A stretch of DNA of 64,000 nt, from positions 4,580 through 68,579 of the forward strand of contig CAMCJI010000001.1 in the NCBI GenBank assembly GCA_945874805.1, written 5' to 3'. A program made the translations under genes and the position numbers. Below the pieces are notes generated by a model. The model had not been told where the DNA came from, did not search any database, and was given only the letters and a program-made list of their open reading frames with translations. The DNA is from Asaia bogorensis. GTDB taxonomy: Bacteria; Pseudomonadota; Alphaproteobacteria; Acetobacterales; Acetobacteraceae. This document shows, piece by piece, positions 1 through 9,607 of the stretch (the first letter of the stretch is position 1; each line of letters begins with the position of its first letter).

Positions 1-732
1 CCGGAAGGCTCGATCCTGAACTGCAACCGCCCGGCCAGCGTGAACCTGCGCACTCGGGTGGGCTGGTATATCGCGCCCAACATCTTCCGCGCGCTGGCCG
101 ATGCGGCGCCGACCCAGGTGCAGGCGGCCACTGGCCTGCCGCATGCCGTGAACATCTACGGCCATGATCCCGATGGCCATGTGTATGCCGACCACTTCTT
201 CATGGGCGGTGGTCAAGGCGCGTCGGCTGGTGGAGATGGCAAGTCGGCGCTGCTCTATCCCACCTCGGCCAGCAACACCTCGATCGAGCTGCTGGAAACC
301 CGCGCGCCGGTGCTGGTGCTGGAGAAATCCTTGGTGATCGACAGCGGCGGCCCCGGGCGGCATCGCGGGGGCTTGGGTGTCCGCACACGCCTGCGCAAAC
401 TGCACGACGATGGCCGACCCACCCTTTTCTCCGTGTATCCAGAGGGCGTCGGCGTCAACTCTCCCGGCCTGTTCGGCGGCCGTGCGGGCGGCGGGGTGCT
501 GGGGGTCATACGCGACCTTGCCGGTAACATCGTGCATGACTGCGGGACGGGCGAACTCGTGACTCTCTCGGCTGCGGATCTTGTGGTGGAGGTCCAGCTT
601 TCCGGTGGCGCCGGCTACGGCGATCCTGGCGAACGCCCTCGCGAAGCTGTCGAGGACGACGTGGCAGACGGCTACGTGTCTCCTGCCGCTGCGGCCGGCG
701 TCTATGCCCGGCGGGACTGCGCCGCACAATGA
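1..732 (+). CDS. hydantoinase B/oxoprolinase family protein, C-terminal fragment (5' end outside window)
   Basis: Frame 1 is open from base 1 (PEGSILNCNRPASV precedes the ORF-track GTG at 40). The blocks SGGPGRHRGGLG and GGAGYGDP...V..DV..GYVS are typical of HyuB/oxoprolinase C-termini. The stop overlaps the next start (ATGA at 729-732). Confidence 0.75.
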   Translation, partial: PEGSILNCNRPASVNLRTRVGWYIAPNIFRALADAAPTQVQAATGLPHAVNIYGHDPDGHVYADHFFMGGGQGASAGGDGKSALLYPTSASNTSIELLETRAPVLVLEKSLVIDSGGPGRHRGGLGVRTRLRKLHDDGRPTLFSVYPEGVGVNSPGLFGGRAGGGVLGVIRDLAGNIVHDCGTGELVTLSAADLVVEVQLSGGAGYGDPGERPREAVEDDVADGYVSPAAAAGVYARRDCAAQ

Positions 733-1880
733 GGACGCGGATCGGCATCATAGGTGCTGGCCCGGCCGGCCTGCTGCTCGCCCGATTGCTGCATCTGCAG
801 GGCATTGCCTGCGTGGTGCTGGAAGCGCGGAGCCAAATCTATGTGGAGAGCCGCATCCGGGCCGGGGTGATGGAACATCCCGCGGTTGCTCTGTTCCGCG
901 AAGCCGGGGTGGGCGCGCGTATGGATCGTGAGGGCTTGCAGCATCACGGCGTGAAGTTGCATTTCGGCGGCGCTACCCACCGCATCGACCTCAGCGCGCT
1001 CACGGGCAAATCGATTATGGTCTACGGCCAGCATGAGGTGGTACGCGATCTGATTGCCGCCAATTTGGCTGCGGGCGTGCCGATCCTGTTCGAGGCGAGC
1101 GATGTCGCCGTGCACGATATCGCTGGCGCACCGCGGATCAGCTTTTGCCATGATGGGCGTGCTGGTCATCTCGATTGCGACTTTATCGCCGGCTGCGACG
1201 GTTTTCACGGTATCTGCCGCCCGGCCATGCCAAATCTGGCGCTGTTCGACCGCATATATCCCTTCGGCTGGCTCGGCATCCTCGCCGAGGCCATGCCGGC
1301 CAGCGAGGAGCTGATCTACGCCAGCCACGACCGGGGCTTCGCCCTGCTCTCGATGCGCAGCCCAAAGATCAGCCGCCTTTACCTTCAAGTGGCCCCCGAC
1401 GAAGATGCCGAGACCTGGGGAGCGGCGCGCATCTGGGACGAACTGCGCCTGCGGCTGGGCGGCGAGGTGACGGAGGGCCCGATCCTGCAGAAGGGTGTCA
1501 CTGCCATGCGCAGCTTCGTCGCGGAGCCGATGCAGTACGGCCGCTTGTTTCTGTTGGGAGATGCCGCTCACATCGTGCCACCCACCGGGGCCAAGGGCAT
1601 GAACCTCGCTTTTGGCGATGTTGCCCTGCTCGCCCGCGCGCTAGAGCGCTTTTACGGCAGGGGCGACGAGACGGGGCTGTCCACCTACTCGGTCACTGCT
1701 CTGCGCCGGGTCTGGAAGGCAGAGCGGTTCTCTTGGTGGCTCACATCGCTTCTGCACCGTTTCGACACGCATTCACCTTTCGAGCGCCGCATGCAGCAGG
1801 CGGAACTCGACTATGTCTGTTCTTCGAAGGCCGGAGCGATGGCGCTGGCCGAAAACTATGTCGGTTTGCCCTTTGCGTAG
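729..1880 (+). CDS. pobA: 4-hydroxybenzoate 3-monooxygenase
   Basis: 383 aa. IGIIGAGPAGLLLARLL (FAD GxGxxG), CDGFHG, YPFGWLG, GDAAHIVPPTGAKG and WKAERFSWW are collinear with p-hydroxybenzoate hydroxylase along the whole length. Confidence 0.9.
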   Translation: MRTRIGIIGAGPAGLLLARLLHLQGIACVVLEARSQIYVESRIRAGVMEHPAVALFREAGVGARMDREGLQHHGVKLHFGGATHRIDLSALTGKSIMVYGQHEVVRDLIAANLAAGVPILFEASDVAVHDIAGAPRISFCHDGRAGHLDCDFIAGCDGFHGICRPAMPNLALFDRIYPFGWLGILAEAMPASEELIYASHDRGFALLSMRSPKISRLYLQVAPDEDAETWGAARIWDELRLRLGGEVTEGPILQKGVTAMRSFVAEPMQYGRLFLLGDAAHIVPPTGAKGMNLAFGDVALLARALERFYGRGDETGLSTYSVTALRRVWKAERFSWWLTSLLHRFDTHSPFERRMQQAELDYVCSSKAGAMALAENYVGLPFA

Positions 1881-1891
1881 AGAGCCGCCGC

Positions 1892-3742
1892 CTACGGGCG
1901 GCTGGCGCGCAGGAGGCTGGGGATCACCGGGTCCAGGCTCAGCCGCGCCACTGCAGGGGCATCCGTGCGCAGGTCGCGCAGATAGGCTGGCTCTGCCAGC
2001 GTCAGGACCGCATCGAGCGGTGCCGGCGATCGCGAGAAATCGCGGTGCAAAGCGATCAACAGCGCGCCGTCGTCTCGGAACAGCCGGATATCGACGTCGG
2101 CCACCCGGCTTCCGTCTCCTTGCCGTAGTGCGACCAGCGGCACCACGGCGGCGTGGGCTGCCAGGGACGCGGCCGCATCCACCGCCCCGGGGTCGCCGTC
2201 GCGCTGCCAGGCTGGGGGGAAGGGGAGGACGAGGCGCAGCGGCGGCAGGTCTCGGATGCGGCCATGCGCGTCATATTGGCCGGGAGGGCTGTCGGCGACG
2301 ATGACCCCACCGCCAGCCATAAACCTGCGCAATCCGGCGATCTCTGCGTCGGACAGGGCGATCGCATCGGGCAGTACGAGCAGACGGATGCCACGCTGCT
2401 GCAAGCTGCCGTCGGTCAGCATCGCCGGGGACAGATGCTGCGGCTGCAGGCCCAGGTGGGTTAGGGCGTGGGTGGCCCGACGCCGGGCGGCACGCTGCTG
2501 GTGGTCCGCACCTCCCTCGATTTCCGAATTGCGCTCGGTCCAGGCTGCTCCGCCGCCGCGATGGTCGAGCATCCAGCGGATGCGCTGGCTAGCTGGCGAG
2601 TAGAGAATGCCGACGGGATCGAAATGCGGCGTGCTGGCGATCAGCCGGGCGCCGAGCCCCTGGGTCAGTTCGCGGAACACCGGCGCCAGCGACAAGGCGC
2701 GCGTGCTTCCTTGTGCGTAATCTCCCGTCTCATCGTAGATGATGCTGCCACGATTCCCCAATAGCGCCTCCCGCCAGAGCCGGTGCACCTCGGCCGGACC
2801 CTCAGCAAAGCTGGTGGACAGGGTGATCAGGCGGGGATTGATCGATCGGGCGATCTCCAGATTGTTGGCGCCTTCGTAGAGTTCGATCACATCTACCGCG
2901 TGCGGCAGGCGCGTATAGTCGTAGCCGCCCCAGCCCGGCACTTGCGCGCCCTCGATCGCCACCAGGGCGTTGGGGTCCGCGGCATGGACGGCATTGGTGC
3001 CCAGGCGCAGGGCGTCTGCGAAGGCGATATCCATCCAGGCCTTGAAGTCGGCCCAGGCGGAAAAATTGCTGTCGTTGCGCGCCATCGCTGCGGTTGTCTT
3101 TTCCGGCATCACCGCATCCCACGCGGCGAACGCGCTGCCCCATTGGGCATTCAACGCGTCGAGCGTCGCATATTCGGTGCGCAGCCAAACGCGGAAGGCG
3201 TCGAGTGCCAACGGGGAAAAGTCAAAATCCCAGGGCGCCGCCAGATCGGCGATCCCTGTCTCGTCACCCAGGTTGTAGAACAACGGACGGTGCGGCCCAT
3301 GCAGCCGCACGGTTTCTGTCAGGCGGCTGCGGATCCGGGCATGCCAGGCGGGATCGGAGAGGCTGGGCATGCGCACGTAGGCCGCCGGATCGTTGGGGTT
3401 GGCGCGATACCGGCGCTTGGTCTCATTGAACAGCCAAGTGACCTCGCGCGGATGTTCCGGGGTCCAGCGGTGATAAGCCGAATAGAAGTCCGTTGCGATA
3501 TTCTCAACATACCAGGGCAGCTCAGCGGCCAGCGGGGCGGCGATCCTGGCGCGGACCGCCTCGTCGGTGCTCGAATCCCGAATACCCATGACCTTCGCGC
3601 CGGTGATGCCGAATTGGCGAAGGGCGCGATAACCATCCGCCGTCTGCGCCTGCCACATCAGCACATGATACTGCGGCCACCGCGACTGTCCCTGCGCTGG
3701 CGGGGCCAGGAGGAGCAGCGTCAGCCCTACCAGCCACCTCAT
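1892..3742 (-). CDS. secreted GH42-like (beta-galactosidase-family-like) protein
   Basis: 616 aa with a signal peptide (MRWLVGLTLLLLAPPAQG). The block WLRTEYATLDALNAQWGSAFAAW resembles the GH42 catalytic domain. LLVLPDAIALSDAEIAGLRRFMAGGGVIV resembles the GH42 trimerisation (GATase-like) domain. The start overlaps the stop of the upstream gene. Confidence 0.45.
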   Translation of the reverse strand: MRWLVGLTLLLLAPPAQGQSRWPQYHVLMWQAQTADGYRALRQFGITGAKVMGIRDSSTDEAVRARIAAPLAAELPWYVENIATDFYSAYHRWTPEHPREVTWLFNETKRRYRANPNDPAAYVRMPSLSDPAWHARIRSRLTETVRLHGPHRPLFYNLGDETGIADLAAPWDFDFSPLALDAFRVWLRTEYATLDALNAQWGSAFAAWDAVMPEKTTAAMARNDSNFSAWADFKAWMDIAFADALRLGTNAVHAADPNALVAIEGAQVPGWGGYDYTRLPHAVDVIELYEGANNLEIARSINPRLITLSTSFAEGPAEVHRLWREALLGNRGSIIYDETGDYAQGSTRALSLAPVFRELTQGLGARLIASTPHFDPVGILYSPASQRIRWMLDHRGGGAAWTERNSEIEGGADHQQRAARRRATHALTHLGLQPQHLSPAMLTDGSLQQRGIRLLVLPDAIALSDAEIAGLRRFMAGGGVIVADSPPGQYDAHGRIRDLPPLRLVLPFPPAWQRDGDPGAVDAAASLAAHAAVVPLVALRQGDGSRVADVDIRLFRDDGALLIALHRDFSRSPAPLDAVLTLAEPAYLRDLRTDAPAVARLSLDPVIPSLLRASRP

Positions 3743-6330
3743 CGGCGGGGCCCAGCCAGCAGCGCCGGCACGAACAGCAGCGAGACGGCCAAGGTGCAGG
3801 CAAGGCTGATGAGCAGCAGCACCCCCATGCTTGACGTGCCGGGATGCCCGCTGAACGCAAGCGATCCGAACGCGGTTGCGGTTGTCAACGCGGAGAACAG
3901 CACTGCGCGCGCGGTGGCAGTACCCAGGAACCGCCGCCCGCCGGACCGCCAGTTCATGACGAAATACACGTTGAATGACACCCCAACTCCCTGGATCAAC
4001 GGCAGGGCGATGATGTTGGCGAAGTTCAGTGGCAGGGGCATCAGCGCCATCACTATCACGGTCATCAGCGCGGAGAGTGCCAAAGCCACAAGCACGATCG
4101 CCACATCCGCAAGCTTGCGCAGCAGCAGCCCCAGAATGGCAATGATTGCAATGACGGCGGCAGTAAGCGCAATGCGGAAGGCATCGACGATGGTGCCCGC
4201 GGTCTCGACGATCTGGACGGCCGAGCCGCCAGCTTGCGGCGCGACGGACTGTACCTGACGTACGAAGTCGTGCAGCCCGTCCGAGTCCTGTGCGCCAGTA
4301 GCGGCGGTCGCCTGCACCCGTTGTCGGCCGGCAGCCGTGTGCCAGTCGCGCGCGATGTCCGCGGGCACGTCAGCCGCAGTGACAGGCTGTGCTGCCAGCC
4401 CCTTGCGCAGCCTGTCGAGTTGCAGCGGCAGAAACCGGGTCAAGGCCGTATTGGCCTGCATCAGCAATGCGTCGGATGCCTCGGCCAGTCGGGCGAGATC
4501 GGCACCGATGGCGACCAACGGATGGTCCTTCGGCAACTTGGGGGCCGCCCGCTCGATTTGGCTCAATGCCGTCCTTGCGGCCAGGCGAAGGTCGGCGGCG
4601 AGCACCGGTGCGGCCGGTGCCCGCGGCGCCAGCGTCGCGGACAGCAGACCCGCCGCATCGGCGATAAGCGCGAGCTTTTCGGATTGGTCGTCCGGCACGA
4701 AGCTGGCCAAGCTGATGACCTCGCCCACCAGCGGCAGGTCAAGCAGCCTTGCCGCGACAGCTTTGGCGTCGGTGCCGGGCGGCAGCATGATGTCTGCGCT
4801 GTAAGGGTTGGTCAGCGGGTTACCCATAAGGTCAGCCAGGGTCGTCATCGCCTCAGTACTGGCATCCTTCGTGTGCAGAGGGTCGCTGTCGAAGCTCAGG
4901 CGGGGCGCAAGTAGGGCACCCAGAATCCCCAGAGCCGCGAACATTGCCAGGACAGGAATGCGCGCGCGCACCAGGAGCCGTTCCGCCAGTTCGCCACCAG
5001 GCAAGCCGGCCTCGATGGCTCCCTGGCGGGCCCCGGTGAGGGTCAGCAGGGCTGGCAGCAGGCTGACGGTGCAGACAAAGGCGATCAGCATGCCGCCGCC
5101 CGCGATCAGACCCAGCTCTGCCACGCCGCGGAAATCAGTCGGCACGAAAGCCAGGAAACCCGCCGCGGCGGCGGCAGCAGCAACGAGTATCTGCGGGCCC
5201 ACCAGCCCAGCCGTGCGCTCCAGTCCAGGAGAGGGGTCGGACAGGTCGGGTTGCTCGCCGCGGAATCGGGCGCCGAACTGTATCCCAAAATCGACCGCTA
5301 TCCCGACGAAGAGTACCGCGAAGGCAACCGAGATCAGGTTCAGCGTTCCCACCGCCAGCGCCGCGTAGCCCGTTGTCAACAGCAGCCCGAAACCCAATGT
5401 CATCAGCACAGGCAGGATGACCCGCCACGACCGCAGCGCCAGCACGAGCCAAAGGGTGACGAGCAGAACACTGGCGATCGTGCCCTCGACCGCGCCCTGT
5501 GCGACGGTCGCGAATTCCTCGTCGGCGAGCGCCACCGGTCCGGTGAGGCGAACCCTGGCCTGGCCGGCCCGCACGAACTCCAGCTCGGCTGCCGCCGCCC
5601 GTACGGTGGCAGCGGCGGCTGCCCCAGGCTCGAGCGCCCCGAGGTCAAGCACCGTGTTTGCCAGCACGATGCGGTAGGGACCGGCCAGGTCGGAGAGGGC
5701 GCCGCCAAGCAGACGCTGCCATGAGAGGGGCACGGGTTTGCCGGCGGCCGCCTGTTCCAAGGCGGTATGGAAGGAGGAGAGAGCGGTGGCATAGGGGGCA
5801 AGATCGGCCTGGCCGCTTTCGACCCCCAGCCCGAGCAGGGCCAGAGCTGCGAACAGACCCCGCGCGCTGGGGTCGGCGGCCAGCTGACCGATGAAAGGCT
5901 GCGCATCGATCGTCTGGTCAAGCACCGCCGCCAGGGATGGCTTGTCCAGGAACAGCAGGCCATTGGCCTCCAGGAACGGCGAGGTATCCGGCCGGCGGAC
6001 GTTGCGCAGATTCTTGGAATCTCGCGCCAAGGCCGTGGCCAACACTGTGGCAGTTTCGTCGGCGATCTCCGGCGTTGCTCCATCGATGACGATCACAAGC
6101 AGGTCGGAAAACTGCGGGAAGTCGCGTGCAAAGGCTGCGTCGCGTTCAACCCAGGGCAGTGTCTCGGAAAACAGCTTCGTCGTGTCGGTAGAGACCCCGA
6201 GGCGTGCAAAGCTGGCGCCGATCGAAAACATGCCCAGCAGCAGGAAACCCAGCACCACGGACCACGGGTGGCGACGGCCAAAACCGGCGAGAGGCATCAG
6301 AATGCGCGCGGTGATCATGGGACGGGGCAT
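3739..6330 (-). CDS. MMPL/RND-superfamily transporter, HpnN-like
   Basis: 863 aa. Two blocks of multiple hydrophobic helices are each preceded by a large soluble loop, which is the MMPL architecture. Size and N-terminus are typical of hopanoid-associated HpnN-type pumps. The subfamily is not verified. Confidence 0.6.
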   Translation of the reverse strand: MPRPMITARILMPLAGFGRRHPWSVVLGFLLLGMFSIGASFARLGVSTDTTKLFSETLPWVERDAAFARDFPQFSDLLVIVIDGATPEIADETATVLATALARDSKNLRNVRRPDTSPFLEANGLLFLDKPSLAAVLDQTIDAQPFIGQLAADPSARGLFAALALLGLGVESGQADLAPYATALSSFHTALEQAAAGKPVPLSWQRLLGGALSDLAGPYRIVLANTVLDLGALEPGAAAAATVRAAAAELEFVRAGQARVRLTGPVALADEEFATVAQGAVEGTIASVLLVTLWLVLALRSWRVILPVLMTLGFGLLLTTGYAALAVGTLNLISVAFAVLFVGIAVDFGIQFGARFRGEQPDLSDPSPGLERTAGLVGPQILVAAAAAAAGFLAFVPTDFRGVAELGLIAGGGMLIAFVCTVSLLPALLTLTGARQGAIEAGLPGGELAERLLVRARIPVLAMFAALGILGALLAPRLSFDSDPLHTKDASTEAMTTLADLMGNPLTNPYSADIMLPPGTDAKAVAARLLDLPLVGEVISLASFVPDDQSEKLALIADAAGLLSATLAPRAPAAPVLAADLRLAARTALSQIERAAPKLPKDHPLVAIGADLARLAEASDALLMQANTALTRFLPLQLDRLRKGLAAQPVTAADVPADIARDWHTAAGRQRVQATAATGAQDSDGLHDFVRQVQSVAPQAGGSAVQIVETAGTIVDAFRIALTAAVIAIIAILGLLLRKLADVAIVLVALALSALMTVIVMALMPLPLNFANIIALPLIQGVGVSFNVYFVMNWRSGGRRFLGTATARAVLFSALTTATAFGSLAFSGHPGTSSMGVLLLISLACTLAVSLLFVPALLAGPRR

Positions 6331-6416
6331 ACCGGCTTCATCTCGCCGGGTCCATGTGCCGGACTGTAATCCCCGGCCCCTGATGCGCTACAAACGGTGC
6401 AACCGAGGAGACCGCC

Positions 6417-7523
6417 ATGACCCGCCCCCCCTTTCGCGCCGACCATGTCGGCAGCCTGCTGCGCCCCACCGCCCTGCGTGAGGCACGGGCGGCCCATGCC
6501 GCTGGGGACGTTCCTGCCACGGAATTGCGCGCGGTCGAAGATCGCTGCATCGCGGCAGCGATCGCGAAGCAGGAATCCATCGGCTTGCGCGCCGCCACGG
6601 ACGGCGAGTACCGACGTGCCTACTGGCACTATGACTTTGTCTCCCGCCTTGAAGGCGCCGAGCTCTATGTTCCCGAGCAGAAGGTTGAGTTCAAGGGCGG
6701 CGTTCAGCTCGGTCATAAACTGCGGGTGCATGGCCGGATCGGCTGGAAGGAGGAGGTGTTCGTCGACGATTACCGCTTCACGGCGGGTCATACGAAAACC
6801 TGCCTGGCCAAGCAGACCATCCCTGCCCCGAGCGTCCTGCATTTCCGCGGAGGGCGCGATTCGATCTATCGTTCCATCTATCCGAACCTTGATCTCTTCT
6901 TCGATGACCTGGGAGCCGCGTATCACGGCGCGGTTCAATCCTTCGCAGCCGCGGGCTGCCGATACTTGCAGCTCGACGAGGTCAATATCGCCTATCTCTG
7001 CGACCCCGAGCAGATCGAGGGGCTCAAGCAACGCGGTGACTACGTCGACGGGCTACTGGATATTTATGCAGGCATGATCAATCGCGCTGTGGCCGGCCGC
7101 CCGGCGGGTATGGCGGTAACGATGCACCTTTGCCGCGGCAACTTCCGCTCCACCTTCGTCGCCAAAGGTGGCTATGAGCCGGTGGCCGAGGTGTTGTTCA
7201 ACCAGATCAACGTCGATGGCTATTTCATGGAATGGGACAGCGACCGTGCCGGCGGGTTCGAACCACTTCGCTTCGTGCCCCGTGGCCCAAAGATCGTCGT
7301 ACTCGGCCTGGTGACCAGCAAGACCGGCGAGCTGGAGAGCAAGGACGATCTGAAGCGGCGGTTGGACGAGGCCAGCAAATACATGCCGCTTGAGCAGCTC
7401 GCCATCAGCCCGCAATGCGGCTTTGCGAGCACCGAAGAAGGAAACCTGCTCACCGAAGATGAGCAGTGGCGCAAGTTGGAGCTCTGCGTCGAGGTGGCGC
7501 GCGAGGTCTGGGGCGGGGTGTAG
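6417..7523 (+). CDS. cobalamin-independent methionine synthase II family protein (MetE catalytic-domain-like)
   Basis: 368 aa. It has the PFRADHVGSLLRP N-terminus plus HLCRGN (His-x-Cys) and SPQCGF, which correspond to the zinc-ligand motifs of the MetE C-terminal domain. Confidence 0.7.
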   Translation: MTRPPFRADHVGSLLRPTALREARAAHAAGDVPATELRAVEDRCIAAAIAKQESIGLRAATDGEYRRAYWHYDFVSRLEGAELYVPEQKVEFKGGVQLGHKLRVHGRIGWKEEVFVDDYRFTAGHTKTCLAKQTIPAPSVLHFRGGRDSIYRSIYPNLDLFFDDLGAAYHGAVQSFAAAGCRYLQLDEVNIAYLCDPEQIEGLKQRGDYVDGLLDIYAGMINRAVAGRPAGMAVTMHLCRGNFRSTFVAKGGYEPVAEVLFNQINVDGYFMEWDSDRAGGFEPLRFVPRGPKIVVLGLVTSKTGELESKDDLKRRLDEASKYMPLEQLAISPQCGFASTEEGNLLTEDEQWRKLELCVEVAREVWGGV

Positions 7524-7591
7524 CGCCGGCGCGTTACCGGGATTATCGTGGCGCGAAAGCCGGGTTGGCCGGCCGGAGGGAGCGACGTCGG

Positions 7592-7912
7592 ATGATTGTT
7601 GATCTGCGCATCTACACCTGCAAGCCGAACAAGATGGCGGCTTTCGTCAAGATCTACGAGGAGAAGGCCTGGCCGCTGCAGCAGAAGTATCTGGGCCGCT
7701 GCATGGGTTGGTACACGACGGTGGAAGGCCCGCTGAACCGCGTCGTCCACATGTGGGGCTACGAGAACCAGGGTGACCGCGAGGCTCGGCGCAAGGCGAT
7801 GGCGGGCGATCCGGCCTGGGGTGCCTATCTGGCCGCCGTCGCTGAGGCGGACGTGCTGGTTGAGATGGAAAACCGCATCCTGACGCCGACGGGCTTCTCG
7901 CCGGTCCAGTAG
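7592..7912 (+). CDS. NIPSNAP family protein
   Basis: 106 aa from ATG 7592, with GGAGGGAG about 9 nt upstream. MIVDLRIYTCKPNKMAAF...VVHMWGYEN is a NIPSNAP-like pattern. The ORF-track start at 7466 only adds an Arg/Gly-rich extension. Confidence 0.65.
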   Translation: MIVDLRIYTCKPNKMAAFVKIYEEKAWPLQQKYLGRCMGWYTTVEGPLNRVVHMWGYENQGDREARRKAMAGDPAWGAYLAAVAEADVLVEMENRILTPTGFSPVQ

Positions 7913-7931
7913 CGATGTGCGCCGGGGGCGA

Positions 7932-8789
7932 TCAGTCGTCCCCGGTGGCCACCTGATCGCGCCGGAACGTCGCGGCCGGATAAACCCCTAGCACGCGTGT
8001 TTCACGTGAGAAGAAACTGAGTTCCTCCAGCGCCCGGCGCAGCGCCGGCTGCTCGGGGTGCCCTTCGACATCGCACAGAAACTGGGTCGCCGTGAACTGG
8101 CCGTCGAGCATGTAGCTCTCCAGCTTGGTCATGTTGATCCCGTTGGTGGCAAACCCCCCAAGCGCCTTGTAGAGCGCGGCTGGGACGTTGCGTACCCTGA
8201 ACATGAATGTCGTCATCAGGCCGGGCGTCTCGGCCGGCAGGCTGAGCGGCTTGCGGGCCATGACATAGAAGCGCGTCGTGTTATGGGCGGCGTCTTCCAC
8301 GTTGGCGCGCAGAATCTCCAACCCGAAGATCTTTGCGGCCAGCGAGGAGGCGATGGCGCAATCCTCAGGGTTGCCCCATTGAGCCACGAGTTCGGCCGAG
8401 CCCGCGGTGTCCGCCTCCACAACCGCCTTCAGATTGAGTTCGCGCAGGATGTTGTGCACCTGGCCCAGGGCCACGGCGTGCGAATGCGCCCGCTTAAGGC
8501 CGCCGATCGGTGCGCCCTTCAGGCCCAACAAGCAATGTTCGACGCGCTGGAACACCTCGCCGGTCACGAACAGGCCGGATTCCGGCAGCAAGCTGTGCAT
8601 GTCGGGCACGCGCCCGGCCAAGCTGTTCTCTATGGCAACCATCGCCAGTTCGGCCGCGCCGCCGCGCACCGCCTCCATGGCATCGTGGAACGTGTCGCAT
8701 GGCAGGGACGTCATGGACGGATAGGCATTATGGCAGGCGAGGTCGGAATAGGCACCAGGGCGGCCCTGGAAAGCGATTCTACCGGTCAT
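7932..8789 (-). CDS. pheA: prephenate dehydratase
   Basis: 285 aa. IAFQGRPGAYS, IENSLAGRV and NTTRFYV motifs are followed by a C-terminal ACT-like domain. Confidence 0.85.
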   Translation of the reverse strand: MTGRIAFQGRPGAYSDLACHNAYPSMTSLPCDTFHDAMEAVRGGAAELAMVAIENSLAGRVPDMHSLLPESGLFVTGEVFQRVEHCLLGLKGAPIGGLKRAHSHAVALGQVHNILRELNLKAVVEADTAGSAELVAQWGNPEDCAIASSLAAKIFGLEILRANVEDAAHNTTRFYVMARKPLSLPAETPGLMTTFMFRVRNVPAALYKALGGFATNGINMTKLESYMLDGQFTATQFLCDVEGHPEQPALRRALEELSFFSRETRVLGVYPAATFRRDQVATGDD

Positions 8790-8797
8790 GGGTTCTC

Positions 8798-9529
8798 TCA
8801 GGGTGCGAGATCGGCGCGGGCGCGATCAAGGTCGGCGGGCGTGTCCACACCGAAGGGTGCGTGTTCCACGCGGGCACATGCGATTCGCATGCCGGCTTCG
8901 AGCGCGCGCAGCTGTTCCAAGCTTTCGCGCCGCTCCAGAGGGGATTCCGGCAGGGCGACGAAGCGGGCAAGCGCCGTGCGGCGGAAGGCGTAGATGCCTA
9001 TATGGTGCCAGAGTGGCCCTTCGCCCCACGGTATCGCCGCACGGGAGAAGTAGAGCGCCGGTGCCACTGCGCGTCCGCCGTCGAATGCGCAGGCGGCCTT
9101 CACGACAGACGAGGCTGCCGCTTCCTCCGCCGTGGTGATGGGGGCCACCAGCGTAGCGATATCGATGCTCGGATCGGCCAGCGGGGCCAAGACGGCACGG
9201 ATATAGGCCGGGGGAATGGTCGGCAGGTCTCCTTGCAGGTTCACCACCACGTCATGCCGCCCCTCCGGGTCCAATGCGGCGAGGGCGGCCTGCACGCGAT
9301 CAGACCCGCGCGGCAGCGTCGGGTCGGTGAGTATGGCGATGCCGCCATCGGCACGCACTGCGTCGGCGATCTCCTGATCGGCACAGGCGACGGCGACTGG
9401 GCCAATATCGGCCTCGCGTCCGCGGTCGAGGACGTGCAGGATCATCGCACGCCCGTGGATGTCGGCCAGTGGCTTGCGTGGCAGGCGCGTGGCGGCCAGC
9501 CGGGAGGGGATCAAGACGATTGGATTCAT
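8798..9529 (-). CDS. kdsB: 3-deoxy-manno-octulosonate cytidylyltransferase
   Basis: 243 aa. IPSRLAATRLPRKPLADI at the N-terminus and overall collinearity with CMP-KDO synthetase. It lies 8 nt upstream of pheA on the same strand. Confidence 0.85.
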   Translation of the reverse strand: MNPIVLIPSRLAATRLPRKPLADIHGRAMILHVLDRGREADIGPVAVACADQEIADAVRADGGIAILTDPTLPRGSDRVQAALAALDPEGRHDVVVNLQGDLPTIPPAYIRAVLAPLADPSIDIATLVAPITTAEEAAASSVVKAACAFDGGRAVAPALYFSRAAIPWGEGPLWHHIGIYAFRRTALARFVALPESPLERRESLEQLRALEAGMRIACARVEHAPFGVDTPADLDRARADLAP

Positions 9530-9607
9530 CAGCGCTTCCTGCCGTAAGCTGTCGCACCATATGTACCCCGTCAGGCCGGCGCAATCGGCCCAACCTGAGG
9601 CCCATGC

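Noticed and set aside
6331-6416. Cobalamin riboswitch upstream of the MetE-like gene.
   Set aside because: The spacer is only 86 nt, is shared with a divergent gene, and has no B12-box-like sequence. That is too short for a ~200-nt cobalamin element.
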